A stretch of 64,000 nucleotides of DNA from an uncultured Alphaproteobacteria bacterium. Lineage in GTDB: Bacteria; Pseudomonadota; Alphaproteobacteria; RF32; CAG-239. Both the position numbers and the translations under genes were made by a program. Where the stretch lies: contig CALXTW010000003.1 in assembly GCA_944391515.1 (NCBI GenBank), positions 9,102-73,101 on the forward strand, written 5' to 3'. Positions 46,269-55,902 of this stretch are shown piece after piece. The stretch's first letter is position 1; each line of letters starts with the position of its first letter. The notes under the pieces are model-generated. The model did not search any database. It was not told the DNA's origin and saw only the letters and a list, made by a program, of their open reading frames with translations.

Positions 46269-46874
46269 TTACTCCGATGCGGCTAATTTACGACGATATG
46301 TTCTTTTGGGTTTTACTTCTTCGGGTTGGCTCAAAACTTTGGCTTCAGAAGTAGGAATTTCAATCACTGTAAAAGATTTTTTCTCAGCTGTTGTGGACTT
46401 TTCATCCGGCAATGTGGCTTGAGATTGCGTCTCAGCATCTGCTTCGGCTAAAAAGGTTTCTAACGACGTAACAGAGGCTAAGTGAGGTTCAATATCCTCA
46501 TCTTCACGAATAGCTTGAGAATCACCTTCAGACTGAGGAGCGGTTTGCTCTTGAGAATTTGAGGCGTCAGCTTCTGACTTATTTTCAACCAAAGTCAGTT
46601 GAGCTGCATTCTTAGCATTCTGAGCTTGGGTCTTCTTCTCGTTGATTTCGGTCACGATTTTACGATAGTGTTCGGCATATTGACGGAACACTTCAGCGCT
46701 CACATAGTCATTGTTCGTATGAGCCTCTTTGGCTAACTCATTATAGCGTTTGATTAAGTCTAACGCTGTGCCGCTGATTTTTCCGGCAATCGAGTTGCTG
46801 TCAAACTTATAGTTTAATGAATAAATCTGATTGTTGTAATTATTATTACGAAATTTGTTATTTGTTCTTTTCAT
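46269..46874 (-). CDS. DUF4167-domain protein
   Basis: The N-terminus (...NNNYNNQ...FDSN...GTALDLIKRYNELAKEA...AEVFRQYAEHY) matches the alphaproteobacterial DUF4167 pattern as I remember it. The C-terminus is acidic. Confidence 0.6.
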   Translation of the reverse strand: MKRTNNKFRNNNYNNQIYSLNYKFDSNSIAGKISGTALDLIKRYNELAKEAHTNNDYVSAEVFRQYAEHYRKIVTEINEKKTQAQNAKNAAQLTLVENKSEADASNSQEQTAPQSEGDSQAIREDEDIEPHLASVTSLETFLAEADAETQSQATLPDEKSTTAEKKSFTVIEIPTSEAKVLSQPEEVKPKRTYRRKLAASE

Positions 46875-47026
46875 AAGTTTATACCATAACTGTTACATGA
46901 AAAACGGATAGGTTTTTCACCATCAAAAAAAATTAAAAACTTGCGTTTTTGGAAAAAGTAAAAAGCTCTCCTAACTTTCTTGAGCTATTATGCGCTCATA
47001 ATACTTAAAAAAGTTATAAATGCAAC

Positions 47027-47872
47027 TTATTTTTTCAAAATTACACATCTTGCTATTTGGCCTAAGTCAGAAACGATTTTGACCAAATTAAACCCTGCTT
47101 GGCAAAAGATTTCTGCCACTTCTTGGGCTTGGTAAATTCCCACTTCCAGCAAAATATAGCCACCTTCTTTGAGCAAAGGAGATGATACTTTTGCAATCTG
47201 CCGATAGTGGTGCAGACCATCTTCTCCGCCGTCTAAAGCTAACATGGGATCATAATTTTTTACTTCTTCATCCAAAGACTGAATATCTTGGCTTGGAATA
47301 TACGGCGGATTTGAAACAATCATATCCACCGGAGAATCCAGAGCTAACCCTAAATCAGCATCAAACCAGCCCTTGTTTATCCACCTAACTTGTTGCTCAA
47401 CATCTAAAAGCGCGGCATTTTGTTTGGCGATATCTAAGGCTTTAGGGGAAATGTCCACGCCTTGTCCTTGCCATAATTTATTCTCGGCCAAAAGAGAAAG
47501 TAAAATACATCCCGAACCGGTACCAAAGTCTATTATTTTTTGGGCTTTATCTGAGGTCAACAGTCGAATCGCCTCTTCCACCAAAATTTCCGTATCCGGA
47601 CGCGGCGATAACACATCTTCACTCACAATAAAATCATATTTATAAAACCCTTTGGTTCCTAAAATTTTATCAAGCGGTTTATGGGCTTGTCTTTGACGGA
47701 TAATTTCATTTAATTTTTGAGTTTCTTCTGCGCTCAGCTCTCTATCGAGCAAAGCAACTTCATCCTCACTTTGGTGGCAGATAAAGCTCAAAATTCTTCT
47801 TGCCTCAAGTCTGGGCGAATCTATGTGGCTTTGGCTCAAGGTCAAGGAAATTTTATTTAAGAGTTGATTCAT
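47027..47872 (-). CDS. prmC: release-factor glutamine N5-methyltransferase
   Basis: SAM motif IIDFGTGSGCI and catalytic NPPY (VSNPPYIP). Confidence 0.85.
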   Translation of the reverse strand: MNQLLNKISLTLSQSHIDSPRLEARRILSFICHQSEDEVALLDRELSAEETQKLNEIIRQRQAHKPLDKILGTKGFYKYDFIVSEDVLSPRPDTEILVEEAIRLLTSDKAQKIIDFGTGSGCILLSLLAENKLWQGQGVDISPKALDIAKQNAALLDVEQQVRWINKGWFDADLGLALDSPVDMIVSNPPYIPSQDIQSLDEEVKNYDPMLALDGGEDGLHHYRQIAKVSSPLLKEGGYILLEVGIYQAQEVAEIFCQAGFNLVKIVSDLGQIARCVILKK

Positions 47873-47914
47873 CGGAAATTTTCACACAAGTATTCGCACG
47901 CCTCAAAGTGAGAA

Positions 47915-48112
47915 TTAATTGCGCTCATGAGATACTGCCGGCTTTTCATGCTCAACAGTTTCATTTACGTTTTCTTCCTCATTTTTTTGGGCGCGAATAA
48001 AACTCAAATGCTGATTTATTTTATCGTGCAAAGTTTGAAAATCAAGGTTTTCAGAGAATCTTCCCTGATACATCAAGCCTTGCTTTTCTCCATCTGCAGT
48101 TGATACGTTCAT
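47915..48112 (-). CDS. small hypothetical protein
   Basis: 65-aa ORF between rpoH and prmC. Coding status is uncertain. Confidence 0.3.
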   Translation of the reverse strand: MNVSTADGEKQGLMYQGRFSENLDFQTLHDKINQHLSFIRAQKNEEENVNETVEHEKPAVSHERN

Positions 48113-48149
48113 CTTTGAGTTCCCTTATTGTTTGTGGAGCTTTATTATA

Positions 48150-49049
48150 TCACAATTTTTCCGCCAATGCAAGTTTGACAAGCTCTGACAAGTGCTCAAA
48201 AGCCTTCTTTTCTACCTGACGAACACGCTCACGGCTAACACCAAATTTAGCCCCTAATTCCTCCAGCGTAACTGGCTCATCAACCAACATACGATTGGTG
48301 ATAATATAACGTTCACGCTCATTTAATTTGTTCAAACAATCTTGCAAAATCTTTTGTTTGAATTTGGCTTCTTCTTTATTGGCGATTTTAGCCTCAATGT
48401 TTTGGCGGTTATCTACCAAAAAGTCTATCTGTTCACTTGTTCCGTCATCTCCGGCGGCAACGTTCAAAGACTTATCTCCGCCAAGGCGTTGATTCATCTC
48501 CACAACATCTTGCTCATCTACAACCAATTCTTTTGCAATGGTTTTGACGACTTCAGGCTCAAGGGCTTTATTTTCATACAAGCCTAAACGTGCCTTAATG
48601 CGGCTCAAATTGTAGAACAGCTTCTTTTGCGCTGCAACCGTCCCTATCTTTACCAAGGACCAAGAACGCAAAATATAATCATTAATGGCCGCCTTAATCC
48701 ACCAAATTGCGTAGGTTGAAAGGCGAACCTTTTTATCAAGGTCAAATTTTTTAACAGCTTGCATCAAACCAATGTTTGCTTCAGATACAATATCAGCTAA
48801 AGGAAGGCCATAACGACGATATGTCAGCGCAATTTTGGCTGCCAAACGCAAATGAGAGGTAACCAATTTTTCAGCAGCTTTCAAGTTGCCGTTTTGCTTA
48901 AAATCGACAATCAGATTTTGTTCTTCCGTTTCACTTAATACCGGGATTTTTTTTATGCTTTCAAAATAGGCAAATAAACTGTTTTCTTCAATAACAAGAG
49001 GTAATTTAGCGTTGTTGCTCACAACCATTACATTTGTATTCTCAGACAT
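48150..49049 (-). CDS. rpoH: RNA polymerase sigma-32 factor
   Basis: Sigma70 regions 2-4 and an RpoH-box-like segment AAQKKLFYNLSRIK. Confidence 0.85.
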   Translation of the reverse strand: MSENTNVMVVSNNAKLPLVIEENSLFAYFESIKKIPVLSETEEQNLIVDFKQNGNLKAAEKLVTSHLRLAAKIALTYRRYGLPLADIVSEANIGLMQAVKKFDLDKKVRLSTYAIWWIKAAINDYILRSWSLVKIGTVAAQKKLFYNLSRIKARLGLYENKALEPEVVKTIAKELVVDEQDVVEMNQRLGGDKSLNVAAGDDGTSEQIDFLVDNRQNIEAKIANKEEAKFKQKILQDCLNKLNERERYIITNRMLVDEPVTLEELGAKFGVSRERVRQVEKKAFEHLSELVKLALAEKL

Positions 49050-49156
49050 ATATATTCAACCTTCTTTCTTTATAAAATCTTGCTCTAAAGAATATATTCC
49101 TCTTTAGTGCAGTTTTGAATACTAGTCCTTTTTTTGAAATTTTGCAATAGGCGTTA

Positions 49157-49771
49157 TTAGAAAATATTCGGATAAATTACAGAAAATTCTTCTTGCGGGT
49201 TCTGGGTAAGATTCAGAATGCTGACCTTGGCTTGAACATTCTGGGGATATATCAGAAGGTAAACATCCGAGGCGTTACCATAACCGGCATTCTTGCACAA
49301 TTTGACCTCGTTATCATCGAGCCCAAAATTGATTTTGGTCATGAGCAAGTGATTAGCTACATTATAGTTTTGTTTGGAGGTAAAGCCTGCAGCCGGAACC
49401 TCATTAAACGCGCGTAAATTTTTGAGCAATAATGTCTGACGGCGATATTCTAAAATATTTTCCGCCGGATGGCGTTGGTAATATTCCGCAACTTTGGCTG
49501 AAACCAAAGCTATCAACACATCATTATTACAATCAGGCAGAGTAACGATTGGAACTTGCTCGATATAAGAACCGACTTCAGGTGTTTGGGATAAGTCCAA
49601 CTCTTCAACAGTGTTTTCTTCCTTAAGTCCGTCTTCGGCAATCTCTTTTTCCTCTTCGGTTTGAATTTGCGCAACTTGTTCTTTCAGCTCGCTTTCTTGT
49701 GCCGCACAATAGCCTGAAAAGCTCAAGAATGACAAGAGGCTTGCTAAAAACAACAAATTGCGCATATTCAT
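49157..49771 (-). CDS. secreted hypothetical protein
   Basis: 204-aa ORF with a signal peptide. No family recognised. Confidence 0.5.
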   Translation of the reverse strand: MNMRNLLFLASLLSFLSFSGYCAAQESELKEQVAQIQTEEEKEIAEDGLKEENTVEELDLSQTPEVGSYIEQVPIVTLPDCNNDVLIALVSAKVAEYYQRHPAENILEYRRQTLLLKNLRAFNEVPAAGFTSKQNYNVANHLLMTKINFGLDDNEVKLCKNAGYGNASDVYLLIYPQNVQAKVSILNLTQNPQEEFSVIYPNIF

Positions 49772-49782
49772 CTCCTTAAGAG

Positions 49783-51186
49783 TTAAAAATTAATGCTATT
49801 CGGTGTTCTTGGGAAAGGAATAACGTCACGAATATTAGCAATACCTGTTACCAACATCATCATACGCTCAAATCCCAAACCAAATCCGGCATGCGGAACC
49901 GAACCGTATTTGCGCGAATCCAAATACCAAGAGTAGTCCTCTTCCTTCATGCCCATTTCTTTGATTTTTTGAACCAAAACATCATAGCGCTCTTCACGTT
50001 GAGAACCACCAATCATTTCACCGATGCCCGGAACCAAAACATCCATTGCGGCAACCGTGCGACCATCATCATTCAAGCGCATATAGAAAGCTTTGATTTC
50101 TTTAGGGTAATCTCTGACAATAACTGGACGTTTGAAGTGCGTTTCTGCCAAATAGCGCTCATGTTCGGTTTGCATATCAATCCCAAATTCGGGCTTATAT
50201 TCAAAATTGTGTCCTGATTTTTGCATAATCTCAATAGCTTCTGCATAAGTAATGCGCGCGAATCCATTGTCTACAATATTTTGCAATTTGGCAATTAAGC
50301 CCGGCTCAACAAACTTATCAAACAAAGCTAAGTCATCTGCGCATTTTTCCATCACATGTTTGACGCAAAAACGAACCATATCCTCAGCCAGGTCCATATC
50401 ATCATAAATATCGGCAAAGGCCATTTCCGGCTCAATCATCCAAAACTCAGCGGCATGGCGTGTGGTGTTGGAGTTTTCGGCTCTAAACGTCGGGCCAAAG
50501 GTATAAATATCACCCAATCCCAAAGCATACATTTCACCATTGAGTTGTCCGGAAACGGTTAAGTGCGCAGCTTTACCGAAAAAGTCTTGGCTGTAGTCTA
50601 CTTCACCATTGGGCAGTTTGGGAACGTTGTTCAAATCCAAAGTGGTAACTTGGAACATTTCGCCGGCACCTTCGCAGTCCGAACCGGTGATAATCGGCGT
50701 GTGAACATAACGGAAACCACGATCATTGAAAAATTTATGAATGGCAAAAGACAGCTCTGAACGAACACGGAATGCTGCCCCATATTTGTTTGTGCGCGGT
50801 CTTAAGTGCGCAATCGTGCGCAAATATTCATCGGTGTGTTTTTTCTTTTGCAGAGGATAATCATCAGGAGCAAGAGAGTAAATTTCTACTTCTTGAGCAA
50901 TAATTTCATATTTTTGGTTACCACCTTTAGATTCAACCAAAGCACCGGTAATGGCTACCGATGAACCGGTGGTTAATTTTTTGACTTCCTCATAGTTGTC
51001 TAAATTATTATTGGCAATAACTTGGATATTTTTAAGGCAGGAACCATCATTTATTTCAATAAACGAAAAATCTTTAGAATCACGGCGGGTTCTTACCCAA
51101 CCTTTTACCAAAACTTGGTCAATCGTTTGGTCAGCATTAATAAGGCTGACAATCTTTGTCCTTTTTAACATCTTAAATTTCCTCAA
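49783..51186 (-). CDS. asnS: asparagine--tRNA ligase
   Basis: Class II motifs, including [21 protein letters not shown] and GFGLGFERM. The start may be the ATG at 51171. Confidence 0.9.
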   Translation of the reverse strand: MRKFKMLKRTKIVSLINADQTIDQVLVKGWVRTRRDSKDFSFIEINDGSCLKNIQVIANNNLDNYEEVKKLTTGSSVAITGALVESKGGNQKYEIIAQEVEIYSLAPDDYPLQKKKHTDEYLRTIAHLRPRTNKYGAAFRVRSELSFAIHKFFNDRGFRYVHTPIITGSDCEGAGEMFQVTTLDLNNVPKLPNGEVDYSQDFFGKAAHLTVSGQLNGEMYALGLGDIYTFGPTFRAENSNTTRHAAEFWMIEPEMAFADIYDDMDLAEDMVRFCVKHVMEKCADDLALFDKFVEPGLIAKLQNIVDNGFARITYAEAIEIMQKSGHNFEYKPEFGIDMQTEHERYLAETHFKRPVIVRDYPKEIKAFYMRLNDDGRTVAAMDVLVPGIGEMIGGSQREERYDVLVQKIKEMGMKEEDYSWYLDSRKYGSVPHAGFGLGFERMMMLVTGIANIRDVIPFPRTPNSINF

Positions 51187-51270
51187 TTATTACCTTTATT
51201 CTTGTTTGAGATTTCTTTCTTTTTACGATAATTTCACCATCGCGGAGGCTAATATATATCACTTATCTTT

Positions 51271-51291
51271 AATTGTCCAGCATTGACAATT
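51271..51291. promoter_or_regulatory. inverted repeat AATTGTC-N7-GACAATT in the asnS / lipoprotein divergent region
   Basis: Perfect 7-bp arms. The right arm overlaps a TTGACA hexamer oriented toward the lipoprotein gene. Confidence 0.3.
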
Positions 51292-51343
51292 GTTAATCCA
51301 TGGATAAATATATACCTACTCTCATTTTTGCAAGGAGACTGTT

Positions 51344-51799
51344 ATGAATAAATCTACTCTTTTAATAGCTTTGCCTTTCGCTTTAGCTTCTTTGAGCGGT
51401 TGCGCAAGCGATATTAACTCCAACTATTACAACACAAGTTCAGTCGGTCAAGTGGCTCAATCTCAAGGTTGCACAGTGATTTCTGTCAGACCTATTCAAG
51501 TAGCCACACAAAATGGCGTTGGTACTGCAGTCGGCGGTATTGCTGGTGGTTTGGCCGGCTCGCAAATCGGCGGCGGAAGTACTGCTCACTTGTTAGGCGC
51601 TGTCGGCGGCGCTATCTTGGGCGGTATTGCCGGAGACCTGGCACAAAAAGAAATGACCTCACAATATGGTTATGAATATGTTGTTCGTTTGGATAACGGA
51701 AGCACCGTTTCAACCACTCAAGGTGGAGATGTTTTGCTCAACCCCGGACAACGTTGTCAAATTATCTTTGGTGATAGAGCCAGAGTCATTCCTAACTAG
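51344..51799 (+). CDS. glycine-zipper outer-membrane lipoprotein (SlyB / 17-kDa surface antigen family)
   Basis: Lipobox LSGCAS and a Gly-zipper (GTAVGGIAGGLAGSQIGGG...GAVGGAILGGIAG). Confidence 0.8.
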   Translation: MNKSTLLIALPFALASLSGCASDINSNYYNTSSVGQVAQSQGCTVISVRPIQVATQNGVGTAVGGIAGGLAGSQIGGGSTAHLLGAVGGAILGGIAGDLAQKEMTSQYGYEYVVRLDNGSTVSTTQGGDVLLNPGQRCQIIFGDRARVIPN

Positions 51800-51817
51800 G
51801 TTTAGTTCTAAACTTTA

Positions 51818-51847
51818 AACCCCCGTTTTAGACGGGGGTTATTTTTT
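51818..51847 (+). terminator. intrinsic terminator
   Basis: AACCCCCGT / ACGGGGGTT stem followed by a T-run. Confidence 0.75.
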
Positions 51848-52039
51848 AGTTATCCCAAAATTAGTATTGACCAATAGATTTCCGACTTTTTATTTCACAA
51901 GCTTGCGGCAGTCAAACGCCCCTATAAAGATGACTATCAATAATATAAATATATCACTAACACTTCGTGTTTTTGATTCTTATTGCAAATTTATGAAAAA
52001 AAGGTTATAGAGACCTCATGAACTTATAATTTTTATATT

Positions 52040-52240
52040 ATGTGGATTACAGCTCTTTTGAAATTTTTGCTATGGCTCCTTTTTCAGGCAATTTTACTGG
52101 TGGGGCTAGGAATGTTCGGCGGATGGCTAATCTCTCTTGTTGATCAGATTACCTATTGGCAGCCGGTTTCTGTTATTATTTTAATTGGAATATTGGTAAT
52201 ATTTATAAAGCTCTCAAAAAAATTAGATGAGTATTTATAA
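52040..52240 (+). CDS. small two-TM membrane protein
   Basis: 66-aa hydrophobic ORF followed by a terminator at 52252..52281. Confidence 0.4.
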   Translation: MWITALLKFLLWLLFQAILLVGLGMFGGWLISLVDQITYWQPVSVIILIGILVIFIKLSKKLDEYL

Positions 52241-52251
52241 ATTTCTCTTAT

Positions 52252-52281
52252 AAAAGGCGAAGGTTCACTCCTTCGCCTTTT
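52252..52281 (+). terminator. intrinsic terminator
   Basis: AAAAGGCGAAGG / CCTTCGCCTTTT stem. Confidence 0.7.
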
Positions 52282-52368
52282 ATGGTATAATAACTCTCCT
52301 TTAAAACTAGACGTTTGATTGCAATACTTATAAAGTGTCTTTAGTTTTATGAAAAAGGATGTCTAAAA

Positions 52369-53022
52369 ATGGTTAAAATTGTTGAACCTCATGTTGAAAT
52401 TATCACCCCCTTGGATGGAGAAGCTATCTTAAAACATTTGGAACTTTGCGCTCGCAACTGCTACAAAAGTGAAGATAAAATTACCCCCGATTCAGCCAGA
52501 ACCATGATAAAAAAACTGCTTGAACTCGGGCATGAAGCAATGATTGAGCACTATAATCTTACAGTCAAACTTACTTGTGATATCGGTGTTTATAAAGATT
52601 TAACCAGACATCGCCTTGTCTCTTTTGCGATTGAGAGCACTCGCTACTGCAACTACTCAAAAGGAAAATTCGGTAATGAGCTTTCTGTTATAAAACCGTG
52701 CCATATTAAAGAAAATACACCTGAATATGATTTGTGGCTAAGCACCATGCAAACAATTGAAAAAAATTATAATCAAATGGCTGCATTGGGCTGTCGCCCT
52801 GACCAACTGAGAATGTTGTTGCCACATTCCACAAAAGCCGATGTTATCATGACAGCCAATTTAAGAGAATGGCGCCATATCTTCAAACTACGTTGTGCTC
52901 CGGCAGCTCACCCAACCGTACAAGAAGTGATGGATATGCTTTTAGCTAAATTAAGAAGTGAAATTCCAGTCATTTTTGATGATATTAATTACAATAAAGA
53001 AAACAGCGCACTCTCAGCTTAA
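52369..53022 (+). CDS. thyX: FAD-dependent thymidylate synthase
   Basis: ThyX motif RHRLVSFAIESTRY, with size and N-terminal pattern typical of the family. Confidence 0.85.
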   Translation: MVKIVEPHVEIITPLDGEAILKHLELCARNCYKSEDKITPDSARTMIKKLLELGHEAMIEHYNLTVKLTCDIGVYKDLTRHRLVSFAIESTRYCNYSKGKFGNELSVIKPCHIKENTPEYDLWLSTMQTIEKNYNQMAALGCRPDQLRMLLPHSTKADVIMTANLREWRHIFKLRCAPAAHPTVQEVMDMLLAKLRSEIPVIFDDINYNKENSALSA

Positions 53023-53044
53023 GCTATTGGCTTAATAATCAATA

Positions 53045-53087
53045 GGGAAAATCTATGTTTTTAACATATTGATTTTCCCTGTTTTTT
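53045..53087 (+). terminator. intrinsic terminator after thyX
   Basis: GGGAAAATC / GATTTTCCC stem followed by a T-run. Confidence 0.6.
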
Positions 53088-53128
53088 ATAAATAAATAAA
53101 AAAATTTATTATTTTGGTGTTTTTTTAC

Positions 53129-53157
53129 TTGACCTTATGCAAATTTACAAGTATATA
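53129..53157 (+). promoter_or_regulatory. sigma70-type promoter candidate for tRNA-Glu
   Basis: TTGACC-N17-TATATA, ending 18 nt before the tRNA. Confidence 0.5.
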
Positions 53158-53175
53158 TGCTTTCGTACTTTCGCT

Positions 53176-53251
53176 GGTCCCATCGTCTAGAGGCCTAGGA
53201 CATCGCCCTTTCACGGCGGTAACACGAGTTCGAATCTCGTTGGGATCACCA
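53176..53251 (+). tRNA. tRNA-Glu (anticodon UUC)
   Basis: GGTCCCATCGTCTAGAGGCCTAGGACATCGCCCTTTCACGGCGGTAACACGAGTTCGAATCTCGTTGGGATCACCA. It folds as a cloverleaf with anticodon loop CTTTCAC, a TTCGAAT T-loop and an encoded CCA. Confidence 0.95.
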
Positions 53252-53257
53252 ATTCAA

Positions 53258-53287
53258 ACAGCGCTCTTTTTAGGGCGCTGTTTTGTT
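53258..53287 (+). terminator. intrinsic terminator after tRNA-Glu
   Basis: ACAGCGC / GCGCTGT stem followed by a T-rich run. Confidence 0.65.
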
Positions 53288-53487
53288 ATGTAAACCAAGG
53301 CTTGCGGCGAGTTCGGATGTTTCATTTTCAAAAATCGTCATTTTTTCAATTTGTCCGAACTTTTTTATATAAGTTTTTTTTGTTTTATAATAACTTATAA
53401 AGTCATATTTTCTATTGACAATATTCTTTATCTCTGTTATACGTTTCCTAATTTTTTTATTTTTTTGTTAAATTAAATTTTACAATT

Positions 53488-53865
53488 ATGATTAAAATAC
53501 TTAAAATTATTAGTGCCTTATTCTTTGTATTTATTTTTTTGGGATGCATTGTATTGTTTTTGGTAGCTTGTTCTTCAGAGAAATATATACCAATAGCAAT
53601 ATTCCTTGTATTTATTGTTTGGGGAGTCATTGTTTTGTATTTGGTCGCGGCTTCTTTAGAGAAATATATACCAATATCAATGTATGAGATTTCCAAAATG
53701 TCGTCGGAAAAACTTAGAACGCGTTATGAAGAATTAAAGAAAGAGTTATCTAAAGAAAATTTATCTAAAAAAGATAAAGACAACATAGAACTAGATATGT
53801 ATATAATAAAAGAAGAATATGATAGGAGGCAAGCCTGGAGAATGCAATATTATTGGAGTAATTGA
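53488..53865 (+). CDS. small membrane protein with an internally duplicated TM unit and a charged C-terminal helix
   Basis: 125-aa ORF. A repeat of ~50 bp occurs twice (about 53549-53600 and 53628-53680), encoding LVA.S.EKYIPI. Confidence 0.45.
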   Translation: MIKILKIISALFFVFIFLGCIVLFLVACSSEKYIPIAIFLVFIVWGVIVLYLVAASLEKYIPISMYEISKMSSEKLRTRYEELKKELSKENLSKKDKDNIELDMYIIKEEYDRRQAWRMQYYWSN

Positions 53866-53878
53866 TGTAGTTCTTAGA

Positions 53879-53904
53879 AAAGCGCCATTAAGGCGCTTTT
53901 TTTA
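53879..53904 (+). terminator. intrinsic terminator
   Basis: AAGCGCC / GGCGCTT stem followed by T7. Confidence 0.7.
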
Positions 53905-54066
53905 GTGGTGATGCGCCGACTTGTTAAGCGCCAAGGAATGCAATGGCTTTCCGAGTGTGGTGTTACAAGTCAAGTGCCCGAAGCGCAGTTGGTAAGCCGT
54001 CAGGCGAGACTTACAAAGCAAGACTCCAATTCAAACAGCAGGCATGAAAACGGCTGCTTTTCTTTT
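53905..54066 (+). ncRNA. candidate structured small RNA (family not recognised)
   Basis: A visibly G+C-richer island in very AT-rich surroundings, bracketed by terminators. Long-range complementarity is present (53920-53932 with 54003-54018; GGCTT 53945-53949 with AAGCC 53994-53998). It ends in a hairpin plus T-run at 54037-54066. Confidence 0.3.
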
Positions 54067-54093
54067 ATATTCCACAAAAAAACAGAAGCTGTT

Positions 54094-54447
54094 TTAAGGC
54101 TTCTGTTTTTGTGATCTGATAATGCTGGGCATACAAATGAAAAATATGGTAAAGGCAAATATTGCCAATGCCACGGTTTCAAACAATTTAGTATAAACAC
54201 CCAGCAGTCTTTCTGTTGCTATAAGTGCAAAAAGTACACCGGAAAAAATCCAGCCTAACCCCGTATCAATTAGCTTTTGAGGGGTTCTATAAGCCAAAAG
54301 TATTCCAAAAACACTACTTACACATATAAAGAAAATGATACTCCGCCAATTTAACTCATGTGTTATTGACAATGCTCCTGAAACCACAAGTACAAATAGA
54401 GGCGCCATCAAAACGAACAATAATTTTTTTACATTTTTCATACGCAT
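54094..54447 (-). CDS. small multi-TM membrane protein
   Basis: 117-aa ORF with four hydrophobic segments. Confidence 0.45.
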   Translation of the reverse strand: MRMKNVKKLLFVLMAPLFVLVVSGALSITHELNWRSIIFFICVSSVFGILLAYRTPQKLIDTGLGWIFSGVLFALIATERLLGVYTKLFETVALAIFAFTIFFICMPSIIRSQKQKP

Positions 54448-54545
54448 AAAAATTTATAAGATGATACAATTATATTTATTTCGCGTGCATTATAATTATT
54501 TATTTTGAAAAGTAAATAAAATAGTCTCTCAAACAAGAGAACCTT

Positions 54546-55187
54546 TTAAGATTTTTTGCGAAAAAAGGACATTCGGCAGAAACGCAAAAATATTGACGGG
54601 TGCTTCAAAAAAATCAATATAGATAATCTTACTTTCTTTTTTACACAGTTCAACATATCATTTTGAGATAAAAGCAACTGCTCTTGAATATACAAATATT
54701 TATTTCCCCAAGATACGATCTTTCTTTTAAATGGATGGCAAGATTTCGAAAAAATTACAATATCTGTAAAGTCATCTTGATTAGGAGAATATCTTTCTTC
54801 TTTCATTCCCCGCGATTTATAAAAAGCTAACGTGGCGGCATTGTCCTTTAGATCCGTATAGAGACGGAAATTTTTAAACCCCAAGCGACGCGCATAAGCA
54901 TATGTACGATTAAAAATCTTACGTCCAAAGCCTTTGCGCCGAAATTCGGGAATAACACCAAACCAATTGAGCCATGCATCCTTCGGGTATTGCGGATAAT
55001 AATATATCCCTGTCAGCCCTATAAACTTTTTACCTACTTTCACAAGCCAAAACTGTGACAGATATTCCGGAGATGAATTTAACGAATTTTGTAAAGTATC
55101 ATTTTGATATTCTTTAGGAAAAACTTTTTTTTGTATCTCTTGCGCAAGAGTGAGATTTTCTTTATTAACAGCAACAAATTTGAGCAT
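54546..55187 (-). CDS. GNAT-family N-acetyltransferase with C-terminal extension
   Basis: Motif A region VIPEFRRKGFGRKIFNRTYAYARRLGF. Confidence 0.65.
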   Translation of the reverse strand: MLKFVAVNKENLTLAQEIQKKVFPKEYQNDTLQNSLNSSPEYLSQFWLVKVGKKFIGLTGIYYYPQYPKDAWLNWFGVIPEFRRKGFGRKIFNRTYAYARRLGFKNFRLYTDLKDNAATLAFYKSRGMKEERYSPNQDDFTDIVIFSKSCHPFKRKIVSWGNKYLYIQEQLLLSQNDMLNCVKKKVRLSILIFLKHPSIFLRFCRMSFFRKKS

Positions 55188-55458
55188 TGTCTAAAACCTT
55201 TAACGTGAATTCTCTATAAAGAATAAAGTAAAATAATTAATAAACGGTAATTGAGATAATATAAGAATTTTAAATTGGGGCTTGTATGACTAAGCTTTTA
55301 TCGTGTTTTTTTCTAAGTTCCGTCCGAATAAGAAAAATTGCAAAATTATTAGTTTTTCTTGAAACCGAATTTTTATTTCCTTTCTTGACTTTTTTCTCTA
55401 CATCTTTATATTTTAGGAAAATTTAATTATTTTGTTTAACTTTCAAATATTATTAATT

Positions 55459-55740
55459 ATGGATAAAATTGTTATAATGGGAATTTCCCTGGTTGTTGTA
55501 GGAATATTGCTGTGGGGGTATGGTTTTTATCTCTACCCTAAGGTCTATCGTTGAACCGATAGTTATCAGGATACAGAGACCAATGGTTGGCATGTTCTGA
55601 AATTTATTTTTGGCGTTGCCCCTATTCTGCTCGGGTTGGGGGTTTATATTTTATTTAACCTTCCATCTGAGGCATTCATCGCTTTGATGCTACTCTCTCC
55701 TTTATCAGTTTTTGTTCTTTATCGTCTCAAAAAAGCATAG
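55459..55740 (+). pseudogene. small two-TM membrane protein reading frame interrupted by an in-frame TGA at 55552..55554
   Basis: ATG at 55459, 31 codons, then TGA, then 61 more in-frame sense codons to the TAG at 55738. Both halves are hydrophobic. Confidence 0.4.
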
Positions 55741-55902
55741 AATTCTTTTAGAGGTGCGTTTATACCTATTCAAAAGGCAGTCTTCAAAGGACTGCCTTTT
55801 TTTATTAAAAGTATTTGTCAGATCATTGCAAAAAAAATCTTGACTTAGAGTAAGCTCTAAAAATTATACTTAAATCATATTTTATAATGACGTGAGGAAA
55901 AT

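Noticed and set aside
46925-46945. Shared motif AAACTTGCGTTTTT at about 46930 and about 60205, considered as a regulatory element.
   Set aside because: I noticed only two copies. They are in opposite orientation relative to the downstream genes, and the sequence is low-complexity and AT-rich.
53549-53680. A ~50-bp direct repeat that could have been a mini CRISPR-like or VNTR array.
   Set aside because: There are only two copies, both inside one reading frame and encoding a duplicated TM unit. It is an internal gene duplication, not an array.
53960-53990. SRP (4.5S) RNA: the segment AAGTCAAGTGCCCGAAGCGCAG loosely resembles the domain IV consensus GGUCAGGUCCGGAAGGAAGCAGC.
   Set aside because: The GGAA tetraloop and the conserved flanking residues are not there, and I could not fold a symmetric 4.5S-type hairpin around it. 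I kept the region only as an unclassified ncRNA candidate.
55552-55554. The in-frame TGA as evidence for UGA reassignment (UGA read as Trp) or for selenocysteine.
   Set aside because: An intact prfB with its own UGA-dependent frameshift site is present in this window. I saw no other gene needing an internal UGA, and no SECIS-like hairpin follows the codon. A nonsense mutation is the simpler explanation.
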